A stretch of DNA of 63,302 nt, the filler included, from Octopus bimaculoides (lineage: Eukaryota): the NCBI RefSeq assembly GCF_001194135.2. It is 7 parts of 6 records of this genome, joined end to end, with 100 filler letters (N's around TTAATTAATTAA, not from the genome) between each part and the next. Parts side by side here need not be neighbours in the genome. Positions count along the whole stretch, not along the records: positions 49,315 to 59,109 come from NC_069010.1; positions 59,210 to 60,456 come from NW_026436587.1; positions 60,557 to 63,302 come from NC_068992.1; 4 more parts are not named here. One strand, written 5' to 3'. Made by a program: the position numbers and the translations under genes. How positions within the stretch are numbered: the stretch's first letter is position 1; each line of letters opens with the position of its first letter. The notes beneath the pieces were generated by a model, which was not told the DNA's origin, searched no databases, and saw only the letters and a list, made by a program, of their open reading frames with translations. Of this stretch, positions 51,263 to 63,302 are shown piece by piece.

Positions 51263-53089
51263 TATATATATATATATATATCTAATTATCTTTAACTAGC
51301 CAACCATCTATCTCTACCTACCTCTCTGTCTCTCTCTACCTCTCTGTCTCTCTCTACCTCTCCGCACATACTTATGTATGTAACTCTCTTCCTGATCCAC
51401 CCCTGTGCACACTGTATTAGCAATCCTTCGTGTCCATCACTCTTGGCTTTCTCCTCTCATTTGCCTAAAGAACTATTTTCTCTACTCTTTCGCTATGGGT
51501 GTGTGGGTCGCCCCTTATGTATACTTTTTCCCTGCATCTCTCTCTTTCTCTCTCTTTTCTTTTATATTTATTTATCTTTATTTTGTTTTTTTTTTAGTGA
51601 AAAATATCGGAGTAAAAGCAACAAGCTGCGTGTATATGTATGTATGTATGTATGTATATATGTTTGTGGGTGTGTGCATGACAAACTTTTATTTGCAAAA
51701 AAAATTGTGAAGATCAGAAGGAAAAGTTGGAGAAGAAAAAATTTAGAAAAAAAAGACAATTGAAAAATGTCCCCTTAAAACAAAAGTATTTGTTCCCCCA
51801 TCCCCATTTCCTTTAGCTAAAATGCAGTTTGTGTTGCTCCTTTTTTTTTTTTTTTTTTTTTTTTCTGCCACTCTCTCACAGTACATCTTTACTCTCCTCA
51901 AGTAGTCATAATACTGGTTTAGGAACACTGCTGTTTTCTTCACCCACCTCTATCCCTCCCCAGTTCATCAACCCCCCACCACCACCACCACCTGCCAAGC
52001 CTTCCCCATATTTCCAGTTNNNNNNNNNNNNNNNNNNNNNNNNNNNNNNNNNNNNNNNNNNNNNNNNNNNNNNNNNNNNNNNNNNNNNNNNNNNNNNNNN
52101 NNNNNNNNNNNNNNNNNNNNNNNNNNNNNNNNNNNNNNNNNNNNNNNNNNNNNNNNNNNNNNNNNNNNNNNNNNNNNNNNNNNNNNNNNNNNNNNNNNNN
52201 NNNNNNNNNNNNNNNNNNNNNNNNNNNNNNNNNNNNNNNNNNNNNNNNNNNNNNNNNNNNNNNNNNNNNNNNNNNNNNNNNNNNNNNNNNNNNNNNNNNN
52301 NNNNNNNNNNNNNNNNNNNNNNNNNNNNNNNNNNNNNNNNNNNNNNNNNNNNNNNNNNNNNNNNNNNNNNNNNNNNNNNNNNNNNNNNNNNNNNNNNNNN
52401 NNNNNNNNNNNNNNNNNNNNNNNNNNNNNNNNNNNNNNNNNNNNNNNNNNNNNNNNNNNNNNNNNNNNNNNNNNNNNNNNNTGAACTGAAGCGAGAGGGG
52501 AAGTCAGTAAGTCACTGAAAAGATCACAAGTAGTAACAAACTTTGACTAACAAACAACCAGTTGATTTAAACCGGCATATTAAACAATCCATCAATTTGT
52601 TGGTTAGGTATTTAAACCAGTTGACTAACAGTAAAGAAGTGGAGTTGAACCCATGTGTGAATATTATTGGCCATAACGACTCTCCCAAGACACTGCAAAA
52701 TTCTACTCTCTGTTTGCCTAAGTTCACCTTAGCTGTCAAAAACTGGTACCACATAACACTATGAATGTTCACAGTCTTTGTAATTGAAAATCCAGTTTCT
52801 GGTTATAATTTTAAAGGCTGCATGTGACAACTATCCCCCCTTATATCCGCAACCAGGTAAGCGACTGCTTGGATACAAAGTGCTGCAGAATTATTTCATT
52901 GTCTACAGATAGAGTTGTAGGAGATCAGAGAGAGGAGGGGGTGATGTCTATGATCCCGCTTCTAACTCCTTGAATCGAGATTAAATAGCTTGGGTGCAGA
53001 GAAGCATCTCTATAAGCTCTCATCCGTTGAACTATCTCTGAAATTTCAATGTGGTAAAATATTGATGTTATTCTTAAGGAAACGAGAAA

Positions 53090-53545
53090 GGTAGTGAGCT
53101 GGTAGATTCGTTAGCACATAATGACAAAATGCTTAGAAGCATTTCGTCTGTCTCTCTCCATTCTGAGTTCAAATGATGCCAAGGTCAAGTTTACCTTTCA
53201 TCCCTGATGAAATAGGTACCAGTTGGGTACTGGGGGTCGATGTAATTGACTATCCCCCTCCCCCAAATTTCAGGTCTTGTGCCCATAGTAGAAAGGATTA
53301 TTAAGGAGCTGGGAAGGTTGGTGAGCTGGCAAAATCGTTTGGACATTGGACAAAATGCTTAGCAGCATTTCTTTTGCCTGTTTACACTCTGAGTTCAAAT
53401 TCCGCTAGAGTCGGAATTTGCTTTTCATCCTTTCAGGGTCGCTGAAATACATAAATACATACCAGTCATGCACTGGGGTCAATGTAATCAACTAGCTCCC
53501 CCCCCAAAAAAAAATTTCAGGCCTTGTACCTGTATTAGAAAGATG
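53090..53545 (+). mobile_element. Two tandem SINE family C copies (53090-53302, 53316-53545)
   Basis: Both show GTGAGCTGG..AAAATGCTTAG..GAGTTCAAAT..TTTCATCC..CTGGGG..AATTTCAGG.CTTGT..TAGAAAG. Confidence 0.85.
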
Positions 53546-53851
53546 ATAGATGTTTAACATGTGGTATTTAATCACTTTGCTTTATGTTTGCAGTTAATAT
53601 ATATTTAATTGAAGTTTTTACTCTGCTCCCACATGACAGAAAGTTTTATGGTTGCATCTGTCCTTTTCAGATGTTAGGAGCAGAATTTGATTTTTGAGAG
53701 TAACTGAAATTGGCTTCTATTAATTAGTCTGGTCACTCTGGTTTTCATTGCTGTCCAAGCTACACCAGCTGCTTCCATTTCCTTTATTTTCTGGCGCATG
53801 CATTCGGATAAGATGTCCGAATTACAGATACAACTCTTTTTTTTTTTTTTT

Positions 53852-53970
53852 TTTGCCAACTGAATGAACTGGAGCAACGTGCTCAAGGACACGACTCACC
53901 ACTGGGAATTGAACCCACGACCTTTTGATTGTGAGATGAATCCCCTAGCAACTTAGCCGTGTACCGTCAC
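53852..53970 (-). mobile_element. SINE family B2 5' fragment
   Basis: TTTTGCCAACTGAATGAACTGGAGCAACGTG..CTCAAGGACAC..GGGAATTGAACCCACGACC matches the reverse complement of the B2 head. Confidence 0.7.
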
Positions 53971-54398
53971 TAAGCAACGAAGATAGTCTCCATATATTTA
54001 TTTAGAAGAGTTTTGTTTTTGTGTGTGTGTATGTGTGTAAAGTTACTGAAGACAATATAACTTATTAATTTCATGGGGTGGGGTGNNNNNNNNNNNNNNN
54101 NNNNNNNNNNNNNNNNNNNNNNNNNNNNNNNNNNNNNNNNNNNNNNNNNNNNNNNNNNNNNNNNNNNNNNNNNNNNNNNNNNNNNNNNNNNNNNNNNNNN
54201 NNNNNNNNNNNNNNNNNNNNNNNNNNNNNNNNNNNNNNNNNNNNNNNNNNNNNNNNNNNNNNNNNNNNNNNNNNNNNNNNNNNNNNNNNNNNNNNNNNNN
54301 NNNNNNNNNNNNNNNNNNNNNNNNNNNNNNNNNNNNNNNNNNNNNNNNNNNNNNNNNNNNNNNNNNNNNNNNNNNNNNNNNNNNNNNNNNNNNNNNNN

Positions 54399-54780
54399 GG
54401 CCTTGTGCCAAAATTTGAAACCATTATTATTATTAATGAAGGTGACAACTTGGCAGAATCGTTAGCACACCAGGGAAAATGCTTAGCGGTATTTCACCCG
54501 GGCGCTATGTTCCGAGGTCGACTTTGCCTTTCATCCTTTCAGGTTCGATTATATACAAGTACCAGTTATGCACTGGGGATCAATGCAATCGACTAGTCCC
54601 TTACCCGAAAATTTCAGGCCTTGCGCCTGTAGTAGAAAGTATTATTATTATTATGGAAAGCTGAGCTGACAGAATCGTTAAGCACGCCAGGCGAAATGCT
54701 TAGCGGCATTTTGTCTTGTCTTTACATTCTGAGTTCAAATTCCGTCAAAGTCGACTTCAGTTCCTTGTATCAAGTACCAA
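54399..54780 (+). mobile_element. SINE family C array: 3' fragment, full copy (54441-54653), truncated copy (54657-54780)
   Basis: Each copy begins directly after the (ATT)n tail of the previous one. Confidence 0.85.
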
Positions 54781-55094
54781 ACCTGGTGGGGTGATATGTT
54801 GGCATGGGTCAGTAGCTCAGTTGTCCTTCAGTGGAGTGTGAACACATCAGCAGCAGCAGCAACAGTCTATGTAGGACTAAACAAATTCGATGGCGTTGGG
54901 TCACAGTTGAGGTTGGACGATCAGTGTGGGCATGCTGTAGTCCATACAGGTGGCAGGGATTTAAACGCCCTGCCCTTCTGTGTGGAGACAGCCAGGCCAA
55001 GATGGTATATCTAGGTTGTCAACTGCTTACCGCACACACACACACACACACACACACATTCATTTACATTTAGAAATGCCAGCAAGGAAAGTAA

Positions 55095-55375
55095 CTGGTA
55101 CTCTGTTGGTTACGATGTCGGAGATTCCAGCCGACCTGGTCAACGGAGCAGCCTGCATGTGAAATCAACATGCAAGCACTCGACACATGTAGCCTTCATG
55201 CAGTTCTCAGAGGGTTCTGTGACAAGGCTGGCCCCTTTCGAATTACAGGTATAACTCAATTTTTGCCAGCTGGGTGGACTGGAGCAACATGAAATAAAAA
55301 AAACATCTTGCTCAAGGACACAGCTCACTCACTGCTCGGAATCGAACTCACGATTCCCTGCACCTTCACTAAGCA
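55095..55375 (-). mobile_element. SINE family B2, diverged
   Basis: Reverse complement co-linear with 6407-6712 (GTGACAAGGCTGGCCC.TTT.GAATTACAGG; TTGCCAGCTGGGTGGACTGGAGCAAC). Confidence 0.75.
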
Positions 55376-55762
55376 AGGAACATAGTCTCGAAACACATAG
55401 AGCTATTTTTTTTGTGTGTGTGTGTGTAAAGTTGATGACAGTGTAGCTACATAATTTCACAAGTTGGAGATCAGTGTTAAGGTGTTGTGTTGTCGGCGTG
55501 AGGGTTAGATGGTGGGCAGAATTAATACTGGTCTTTGAATCAACTTTACTCAAGTAAATATAATAATATAAAAAAAAAAACAACAACAAATGGTATGTTT
55601 AATAATCCCTCCTTGATAATCCAGCCCTGTTGTCATATGTATATACATCACCAGTCTTCATGCTATGTTTGTTTCTCCATAATGGAGACTTTGTAAATAA
55701 TATAACAATAAACCCTTGAAAATGAACAAGTCTTGCTTCTTGATTGTTTTTTTTGTTTTTTT

Positions 55763-56023
55763 GTGCCAGTGCAGGTGGCACATAAAATACACCATTTGAG
55801 TGTGGCCATTGCCAGTACCACCTGACTGGCCTCGTGCCGGTGGCACGTAAAAGCACCCACTACACTCTCAGAGTGGTTGGCGTTAGGAAGGGCATCCAGC
55901 TGTAGAAACTCTGCCAAATCAGATTGGAGCCTGGTGTAGCCATCCGGTTTCACCAGTCCTCAGTCAAATCATCCAACCCATGCTAGCATGGAAAGCGGAT
56001 GTTAAACGATGATGATGATGATG
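55763..56023 (+). mobile_element. Retroposon family D (RTE-like 3' tail, ends in (GAT)n)
   Basis: GGCGTTAGGAAGGGCATCCAGCTGTAGAAACTCTGCC..CCAACCCATGCTAGCATGGAAAGCGGATGTTAAACGATGATGATG. Further copies at 58806-59056 (-) and tail-only at about 51172-51212 and 58236-58280. RTE link is inference. Confidence 0.8.
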
Positions 56024-56052
56024 TAATATTTCATCATGGCTAGTCATGAAAC

Positions 56053-56084
<32 letters not shown>

Positions 56085-56850
56085 GGGTGGCGAGTTGGCA
56101 GAACCTTTTAACACACTGGGTGAAATTCTGCTAAGCATTGCCTTTCATCTTATCGGGGGGGTCAATAAATTAAGTACCAGTTACGCACTGGGGTTCGATG
56201 TAATCGGCTTACTCTCTCCCCTGAAACTGCTGTCCTTGTGACAAAATTCGAAATCATTATTATTATTACTAAGGTGACTGGTCCCCCTCTCCCGAATTTC
56301 AGGCCTTGTGCCTTTAGTACAAAGGATTATTATTATTATTATTATTATTATCATTCAGGTGGTGATCTGGCAGAATTGTTAGCATATTGGGCAAAATGCT
56401 TAGCAGCATTTCGTCCGTCTATGTTCCGAGTTCAAATTCCACCAAAGTCGACTTTATCTTTCATCCTTTCAGGATCGACTGCGATCATCTAGACCAGGGG
56501 TTTTCAAACTGTGGTCCGCAGACCACAGGGGGGGTCTGCAAGTACAAGACAGGGGGGTCCGTGGACAGCAAATACTTTTCATGGGCAATTTGATTTCATA
56601 TATGTTTTTTAATCGAAATCTTTTAATTCACAATAAACCTATTTTGTTAAATAATTAAATGTAAAAATATATGTTATTTTAAGCAAATATTTATGTATAA
56701 ATTTCATAAGCGTTTATGAGGGGGTCCCTGAGGTAAAGCCTGAAATATAAAGGGGTCCGCAAGTCAAAAAGTTTGAAAACCCCTGATCTAGACCCCTCCC
56801 CACAAATTCTAGACCTTGTGCCTTTAGTAGAAAGGATTACTGTTATCTTG
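56085..56850 (+). mobile_element. SINE family C copies (56085-56270, 3' fragment near 56280-56330, and 56357-56850 interrupted by an hAT MITE)
   Basis: Family C motifs stop at the left TSD and resume after the right TSD (CCCTCCCC..AATT..GACCTTGTGCCTTTAGTAGAAAGGATTA). Confidence 0.8.
56495..56785. mobile_element. hAT (Charlie-type) MITE, 291 bp, complete
   Basis: Perfect 16-bp TIRs CAGGGGTTTTCAAACT / AGTTTGAAAACCCCTG; perfect 8-bp TSD ATCTAGAC (56487-56494, 56786-56793) matching the NTCTAGAN Charlie preference; subterminal GGGGTCC repeats. Confidence 0.95.
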
Positions 56851-57892
56851 GAAAGCAAAAACAATACAATTATCATTATTATCATTTATTATTATCATGA
56901 TTGTTATTAATCCAGGTGATGTTTTTCTTCAGGTATTTTGCTACAAACAAAGGCTACAGGCACCTGCTGGCTTCCTCGGCACCGCGTTTCATCAGACGAA
57001 GAAAGCCACAAGACTTTNNNNNNNNNNNNNNNNNNNNNNNNNNNNNNNNNNNNNNNNNNNNNNNNNNNNNNNNNNNNNNNNNNNNNNNNNNNNNNNNNNN
57101 NNNNNNNNNNNNNNNNNNNNNNNNNNNNNNNNNNNNNNNNNNNNNNNNNNNNNNNNNNNNNNNNNNNNNNNNNNNNNNNNNNNNNNNNNNNNNNNNNNNN
57201 NNNNNNNNNNNNNNNNNNNNNNNNNNNNNNNNNNNNNNNNNNNNNNNNNNNNNNNNNNNNNNNNNNNNNNNNNNNNNNNNNNNNNNNNNNNNNNNNNNNN
57301 NNNNNNNNNNNNNNNNNNNNNNNNNNNNNNNNNNNNNNNNNNNNNNNNNNNNNNNNNNNNNNNNNNNNNNNNNNNNNNNNNNNNNNNNNNNNNNNNNNNN
57401 NNNNNNNNNNNNNNNNNNNNNNNNNNNNNNNNNNNNNNNNNNNNNNNNNNNNNNNNNNNNNNNNNNNNNNNNNNNNNNNNNNNNNNNNNNNNNNNNNNNN
57501 NNNNNNNNNNNNNNNNNNNNNNNNNNNNNNNNNNNNNNNNNNNNNNNNNNNNNNNNNNNNNNNNNNNNNNNNNNNNNNNNNNNNNNNNNNNNNNNNNNNN
57601 NNNNNNNNNNNNNNNNNNNNNNNNNNNNNNNNNNNNNNNNNNNNNNNNNNNNNNNNNNNNNNNNNNNNNNNNNNNNNNNNNNNNNNNNNNNNNNNNNNNN
57701 NNNNNNNNNNNNNNNNNNNNNNNNNNNNNNNNNNNNNNNNNNNNNNNNNNNNNNNNNNNNNNNNNNNNNNNNNNNNNNNNNNNNNNNNNNNNNNNNNNNN
57801 NNNNNNNNNNNNNNNNNNNNNNNNNNNNNNNNNNNNNNNNNNNNNNNNNNNNNNNNNNNNNNNNNNNNNNNNNNNNNNNNNNNNNNNNNNNN

Positions 57893-58148
57893 TAACGTAG
57901 TTCTTGGGGATATTCAGCGTGACACAGAGTGTGACAAGGCTGACCCTTTGAATTACAGGCACAACAGAAACAGGAAGTAAGAGTGAGAGAAAGTTGTGGT
58001 GGAAGAGTACAGCAGGGTTCACCACCACCATCCCCTGCCGGAGCCTCATGGAACTTTAGGTGTTTTCGCTCAATAAACACTCACAACGCCTGGTCTGGGA
58101 ATCGAAACCGCGAGTCCGCTGCCCTAACCACTGGGCCATTGCGCCTCC
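57893..58148 (-). mobile_element. SINE family B1
   Basis: Nearly identical to 4771-5196; 3' end in a gap. Confidence 0.92.
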
Positions 58149-58168
58149 ACGCTTATGTTGTATTACTG

Positions 58169-58213
<45 letters not shown>

Positions 58214-58337
58214 TAATAATGGTTTATATATATATAACCCATGCTAGCATGGAAAGCGGACATTAAATGATGATGATGATATATATATATATATATATAT
58301 ATATTTATTTATATATGTAAATGTGTATGTGTATATA

Positions 58338-58567
58338 CAAGGCGGGGGGGCTGAAAAGTTTTTGTTTTTAAGGGTATCATGAAAGGCCTGGTTGCTGGCC
58401 CGACTTTCCGAGTTATTTTACAGGGCTTATAAAACCCTTAAGGACTACTGCTGCTGCAGTAAGTGTGTGAATCTGAAAGGGGATTATGTTGAATAAAATC
58501 ATGATTAACTGATCCTCCTTGATTTTCTTTCACCCAAAGCCACAAACTTTTCAACCCCCCCACCTCG
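58338..58567 (+). mobile_element. Mariner-derived MITE, second copy
   Basis: TA|CAAGGCGGGGGGGCTGAAAAGTT..AACTTTTCAACCCCCCCACCTCG|TA; interior encodes KCVNLKGDYVE*. Confidence 0.8.
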
Positions 58568-58614
58568 TATATATTTGTGTGTGTGTGTGCATGTGTGTTT
58601 AGATATAACTCAAT

Positions 58615-58790
58615 GTTTATCTTTAGCGTGTTTCTGTCGCTGAACTGCGGTCATGCTGCAGCACCACCTTGATGTTTTAGTCGAAGAAATCAACCCCAGG
58701 ACTTATTTTCTGTCTTTAGCCAAAGTATTAAATTATGATGACATAAACAAACCAACACTTGTTGTCAAGCGGTGGGGAACAAATATAAAC
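58615..58790 (-). mobile_element. SINE family A tail fragment
   Basis: CTGCGGTCATGCTGCAGCACC..TAGTCGAAGAAATCAACCCCAGGACTTATT..TTGTCAAGCGGTGGGG.ACAAA. Confidence 0.75.
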
Positions 58791-58805
58791 ACGCATGCAC
58801 ACACA

Positions 58806-59056
58806 CATCATCATCATCATCGTTTAACGTCCGCTTTCCATGCTAGCATGGGTTGGACGATTTGACTGAGGACTGGTGAACCAGATGGCTACACCAGGCT
58901 CCAATCCTGATTTGGTAGAGTTTCTACAGCTGGATGCCCTTCCTAACGCCAACCACTCCGAGAGTGTAGTGGATGCTTTTACGTGCCACTGGCACGAAGG
59001 CTAGTCAGGCGGTACTGGCAACGGCCACGCTCGAAATGGTGTATTTTACGTGCCAC
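58806..59056 (-). mobile_element. Retroposon family D
   Basis: Reverse complement of 55763-56023 at high identity. Confidence 0.85.
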
Positions 59057-59057
59057 A

Positions 59058-59101
<44 letters not shown>

Positions 59102-59918
59102 CCATATATNNNNNNNNNNNNNNNNNNNNNNNNNNNNNNNNNNNNNNNNNNNNTTAATTAATTAANNNNNNNNNNNNNNNNNNNNNNNNNNNNNNNNNNN
59201 NNNNNNNNNGAAATGTGTTAACAACAAACAAGATGAGGACAAATATCTGTCAAATGTAAGAAATGGAAATAATGTACTAACAGTTTATATATATCTTTAT
59301 TATTTATTTATCGTAAAGTGTGTCGTGATACATCAAAACAATTTGAGCTGAAGAAACTGAACAATAAACGAGATATTTCTTGTAATCTACAGACACTTGT
59401 CCAGTCTCAGACAAAATCAAAATCACCTGTGTCCCCATCGACCTCACTGCAAAATCCATACCTGGACTGAAATTACATCCATCGCAAATAGATGCAGCTT
59501 CTTTTATTTTTAATCGTTTTTTCCTTCAAAATTTCATACGTGGAAATCAACGGGAATTACCATCTTCATTTATTTTCATTTTTCTAACGAATTACCAGAC
59601 ACCTTGGATAGTTTCCAGTTACGAAAAGCCGAAAAGCTTTGAAAAAACGTAAAAATCGTCGGCCATAAAACGACGGTTTGCGCATGCTCATAATCGTGTC
59701 AGTGACATATGGCCAAGCGCCATTGTATTCTCTGCAACTTCGACGTAATTACAAACGCTTTAAAGTGCTATTATAAAACCATCAATGAATGCTGACCCAG
59801 TCGCGTGCTTAACTTGCCTGAAAGCTGTTGTGATATAAAGTCACTTCAAGTGATGTTGATGCAAGACTTGCTCCAGCCACTCAACACTCCTCTCTCACTA
59901 ACTCACTCTCTCTCTCTT

Positions 59919-59955
<37 letters not shown>

Positions 59956-60197
59956 CTTTCTTTATCCTCTCTTTCTTTTTCAACAATATGCTCACCACCA
60001 CAACTATCGCCGTCACCGCCGCCACTTCCAGTTAGTTTCATTCTTCTAAATCGAAAGCCTTACAGTTCAATCGTAACTCCTTTCACGGTCTCCATATTGA
60101 GTACAGCTGCTTGTCACAAAACAGCCTCTCCATTTCCCCACTAATTTTCTCTCTCTTTCTCTCTCGCTAGACACACACACACACACACGCACACATA

Positions 60198-60229
<32 letters not shown>

Positions 60230-61432
60230 CAAACACATTTATATACGTTCATATATATGTGTGTATGTGTATGTATATATATATATATATATATATTTAT
60301 ACATGTGCATGTACACATATGCACACATTTCTCTCACTATATACATAATCAATGATATATATATATTAATATGCATGTACATATGTGTTTGTATACACAC
60401 AGAGACACTCACACATACATACATACATCCATACATACATACATACATACATACATNNNNNNNNNNNNNNNNNNNNNNNNNNNNNNNNNNNNNNNNNNNN
60501 TTAATTAATTAANNNNNNNNNNNNNNNNNNNNNNNNNNNNNNNNNNNNNNNNNNNNGTGCTGTCTCATAGCAAATTCGTTGAAAGATGGGTGACTGTTGG
60601 AAAAATGGCCAGTATAAACGGACCAATTCTGAGAATACACCTGTAGAAAAAAAATAAAGGTAATGTAAAAGGAGAAAGGGCTCTATACCCCTTTCTTATT
60701 TTTTCTGACCAGGCTCCCGGGGTTTAATGGGTTTTTCCACGTGTAACCTTTCCTTTTTCGAAGCGCCTCCCCCTTTGGGAGTTCTACTTATTTATTTATC
60801 TATTTATTTATTATATCTTTCTTCGTTTTCTTCCTCTGTGTAGACGAACTTTCCTACCTTTTCGGACAAAACCTTTTGTAACCTTCGTCCTGTCTTTGTC
60901 CTTATATGTCTTTAATTGATATTAGCCCTTGTGGCCAATAAAACGAATTAATTATTTATATATACATGCGTTTTTCTTCTTTTCCTTTTCTCCTTCTCAC
61001 TACCTTATGATATTAATATCTTCTTTTCTTACTTTAAGACATAAAAATATACACTACCTTCTCTCCCTATGTTGGATTGATGCCTTCTATAACCGGCTCT
61101 TTTAGTATATATACTATCAGTTAATGGTTTGCAGCCGTTATCTCAACATGTATTTCTAATCGGTATATCTTTACTACCGCTGAAGACATTGATCATATTA
61201 TGATTTTAATCTTATAAATTAATTATCGAAAGATTACTGAATCGAAACGGCTGTCAGAGATGTTGACATATTTTATAATTAATAAATAATTACCTCTCCA
61301 ATTTCTCCTTATTCTTTATATACATATAATAGCTGGTGTGCCCAGTAATTCCCGGGAGTAAAGATGGTCTATTGAAAAGCAATTTTGTTATAACTGTCAC
61401 AAAAAAGTACAAAAACTGTCTGCTGGAAAGAG

Positions 61433-61530
61433 GGAGAGATTGTTGGAGGTTGGTGAGAGAGTTTTTCGGAGGTTGACGAGAAAGATTGTCGGAGGTTGGT
61501 GAGAGAGGTTGTCGGAGGTTGGCGAGAGGC
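61433..61530 (+). repeat. Minisatellite, about 4.5 copies of a 21-23 bp unit (GAGAGATTGTCGGAGGTTGGT-like)
   Basis: Directly visible tandem units. Confidence 0.8.
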
Positions 61531-62517
61531 AGAGACATTATTCTGCTTAGTGAAGGAATCTGGGAAATGTATAACTACTGTCATTCACAGAAAAACTATT
61601 GTTTTACCATGAGAAAAGTGCTGTTGAAGTGTTAAGTGAAATTTTGCAACCGAGGATTGAATCCATGTTATGCCTGCATGAAGCCACTACGAATACGTTG
61701 TGGAATAAAAAATTATCAACTGTCATGGAAAAAGTGTAACTGTAAAAATGCATAATTATCAGAGTAATGGGCATTCAAAAAAGTATGTATGTATAGAAAT
61801 GTATGAATGAAGCCTTTAATGTTTAAGATTCAAATTAAGGAAGTGCAATAATAATGTTTAGCAGTTAAAAACTGTGAGTAGTGAAATGCAGAATTAGGTC
61901 GACTGATCGTGAGAATCAAATATTGATTGCTTCACTAAAAACTGCATATGGTATTGGTTATTTCCCTTGGGTTATTTAAATAAAATATCAGTAATATGTA
62001 GCAGCTAGAAGGATCCATTGGAAGGGCCCTATTAACGATTTTTTTTCAACAATAAGTATGTCATGAGGTTTCCAGACATGAGTTCTACTCACGTGTCAAA
62101 GTATAAAAGTGACGTCTGCAAAAATTAGAAATAGGACACACAAAAAAAATCAATATTCAAAGTAATCGAACATAAACAATGAAATGGGTTATTTCCCTTG
62201 AGTGTTTAAAATAATATTGTGCAGGTGCTATGGGTTCTTTCCCTTGTTTTTAAAAAAAGTTATATGAGGTAGATATAAAGGTCCCTTCCAGGGTCTGTAT
62301 TATTGATTTTTTCAACAATCTAAGTATGTCACGAAGTTTCCAGACATGAGTTCTATTCACATGTCCAGTTTCATTAAAATCAATAAAATGATGTAGGAGG
62401 AGTTAGCTAACAACGCCACAAACAAACACACCGATTTTTCACGTATGTAGTAGATATACACCATACATACACATACACATATATATACATACACACACAT
62501 ATACACATGCATATATA

Positions 62518-63302
62518 CAGGAGTTAGACAAAATAATGGAAACACCTAGCATCATAATTTTGAAATATCTATAAAACCTTCAACAGCTTGTTTATTTTCA
62601 TGTTTTTTTATTTATTATTAGTGTTTTGCTAAAATTGCTGTTTCTTTTCAGATATCATCAGAAAAAGGTAATTAAAATTCATTAAAATGACAGATCTATT
62701 GGACTTTCAAAGAGGTCAAATTGTTGGTGCTCATATGGCAGGCGTTAGCATAACAAAAACAGCCAAAATGTAGTACTGTCTTGAAATCAATGACAGCCTT
62801 CGAGAAAGAAGGAAAATCCTCCTTGTCAAAACAAAACTCCGGAACAAAACCAAATCTTTCAGATAGGGACTGTTGAACTCTTACACGAATTGTTAGAAAG
62901 GATCACAAAAGTACAGCTCTCAAAATTACTGCAGAAACCTAGTTTCTACAAAAACTTGTTCACCAGGAGCTGCACAAAGCCGGATTTCACAGGAGGGCTG
63001 CAATCAGAAAACTGCTACTTTCAAAAACAAACGTTGTGAAGCATTTAGAGTGGAGTAAAAACCTACAGAATTGGTCCCTAGAGCAGTGGAAGAATGTCAT
63101 TTTCTCGGACGTGTCAGCCTTTACCTTATTTCCGACCACCAGCCGAGTATAAGTGTGGAGAAGGCAAAAGAAGCATTTGACCCAGACTGCCTTCTTCCAA
63201 CTGTTAAACATGGAGGAGGATCTGTGATGGTCGGAGGTGGGGACTATATCTTCGAAATCCGCTAGCCCAATGGTTTCCCTTCATGGCAGAATTAATAGTC
63301 AA
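62518..63302 (+). mobile_element. Tc1-family transposon 5' part, disrupted transposase
   Basis: TIR-like TA|CAGGAGTTAGACAAAATAATGGAAACACCT; ATG at 62687 MTDLLDFQRGQIVGAHMAGVSITKTAK..LTRIVRKDHK..ELHKAGFHRRAAIRKLLL..EQWKNVIFSDVS..CLLPTVKHGGGSVMV; stops and frameshifts; runs off the window end. Confidence 0.93.

Noticed and set aside
52817-52856. Possible 40-nt micro-exon (TTTTAAAG|..CAG|GTAAGC)
   Set aside because: Splice-like words alone; no partner exons or homology, and it lies in a different inter-linker piece from the dioxygenase.
61175-61262. Hammerhead-like CTGAAGA..GAAACGGCTGTC
   Set aside because: Stem I does not pair and the G10.1-C11.1 closing pair is absent; at best a decayed relic.
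61433-61530. Repeat array considered as CRISPR-like
   Set aside because: Units are contiguous with no unique spacers, the context is eukaryotic, and there are no cas genes.

Overview
AT-rich, microsatellite-saturated, gap-ridden animal genomic DNA. The SINE families and repeat landscape are most consistent with an octopod cephalopod (inference). Six identical 100-bp linkers (44 N + TTAATTAATTAA + 44 N) show the window is seven artificially joined pieces, so adjacency across linkers is not biological evidence. Nearly all ORF-track entries are N-run or microsatellite artefacts. Supportable content: (1) one host exon (42400-42681, +) encoding the middle of a LigB-family extradiol dioxygenase resembling 4,5-DOPA dioxygenase/YgiD, ending in a canonical splice donor; (2) five Penelope-like retroelement (PLE) coding remnants (RT and GIY-YIG); (3) five minimal type I hammerhead ribozyme motifs found by eye, three with an intact catalytic core and two with one core substitution, plus a possible split sixth; (4) decayed Tc1 and mariner transposases, mariner-derived, hAT/Charlie and piggyBac-like MITEs; (5) four interspersed SINE/retroposon families with modular, nested and inverted arrangements. 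No CRISPR, rRNA or genuine tRNA gene is supported.
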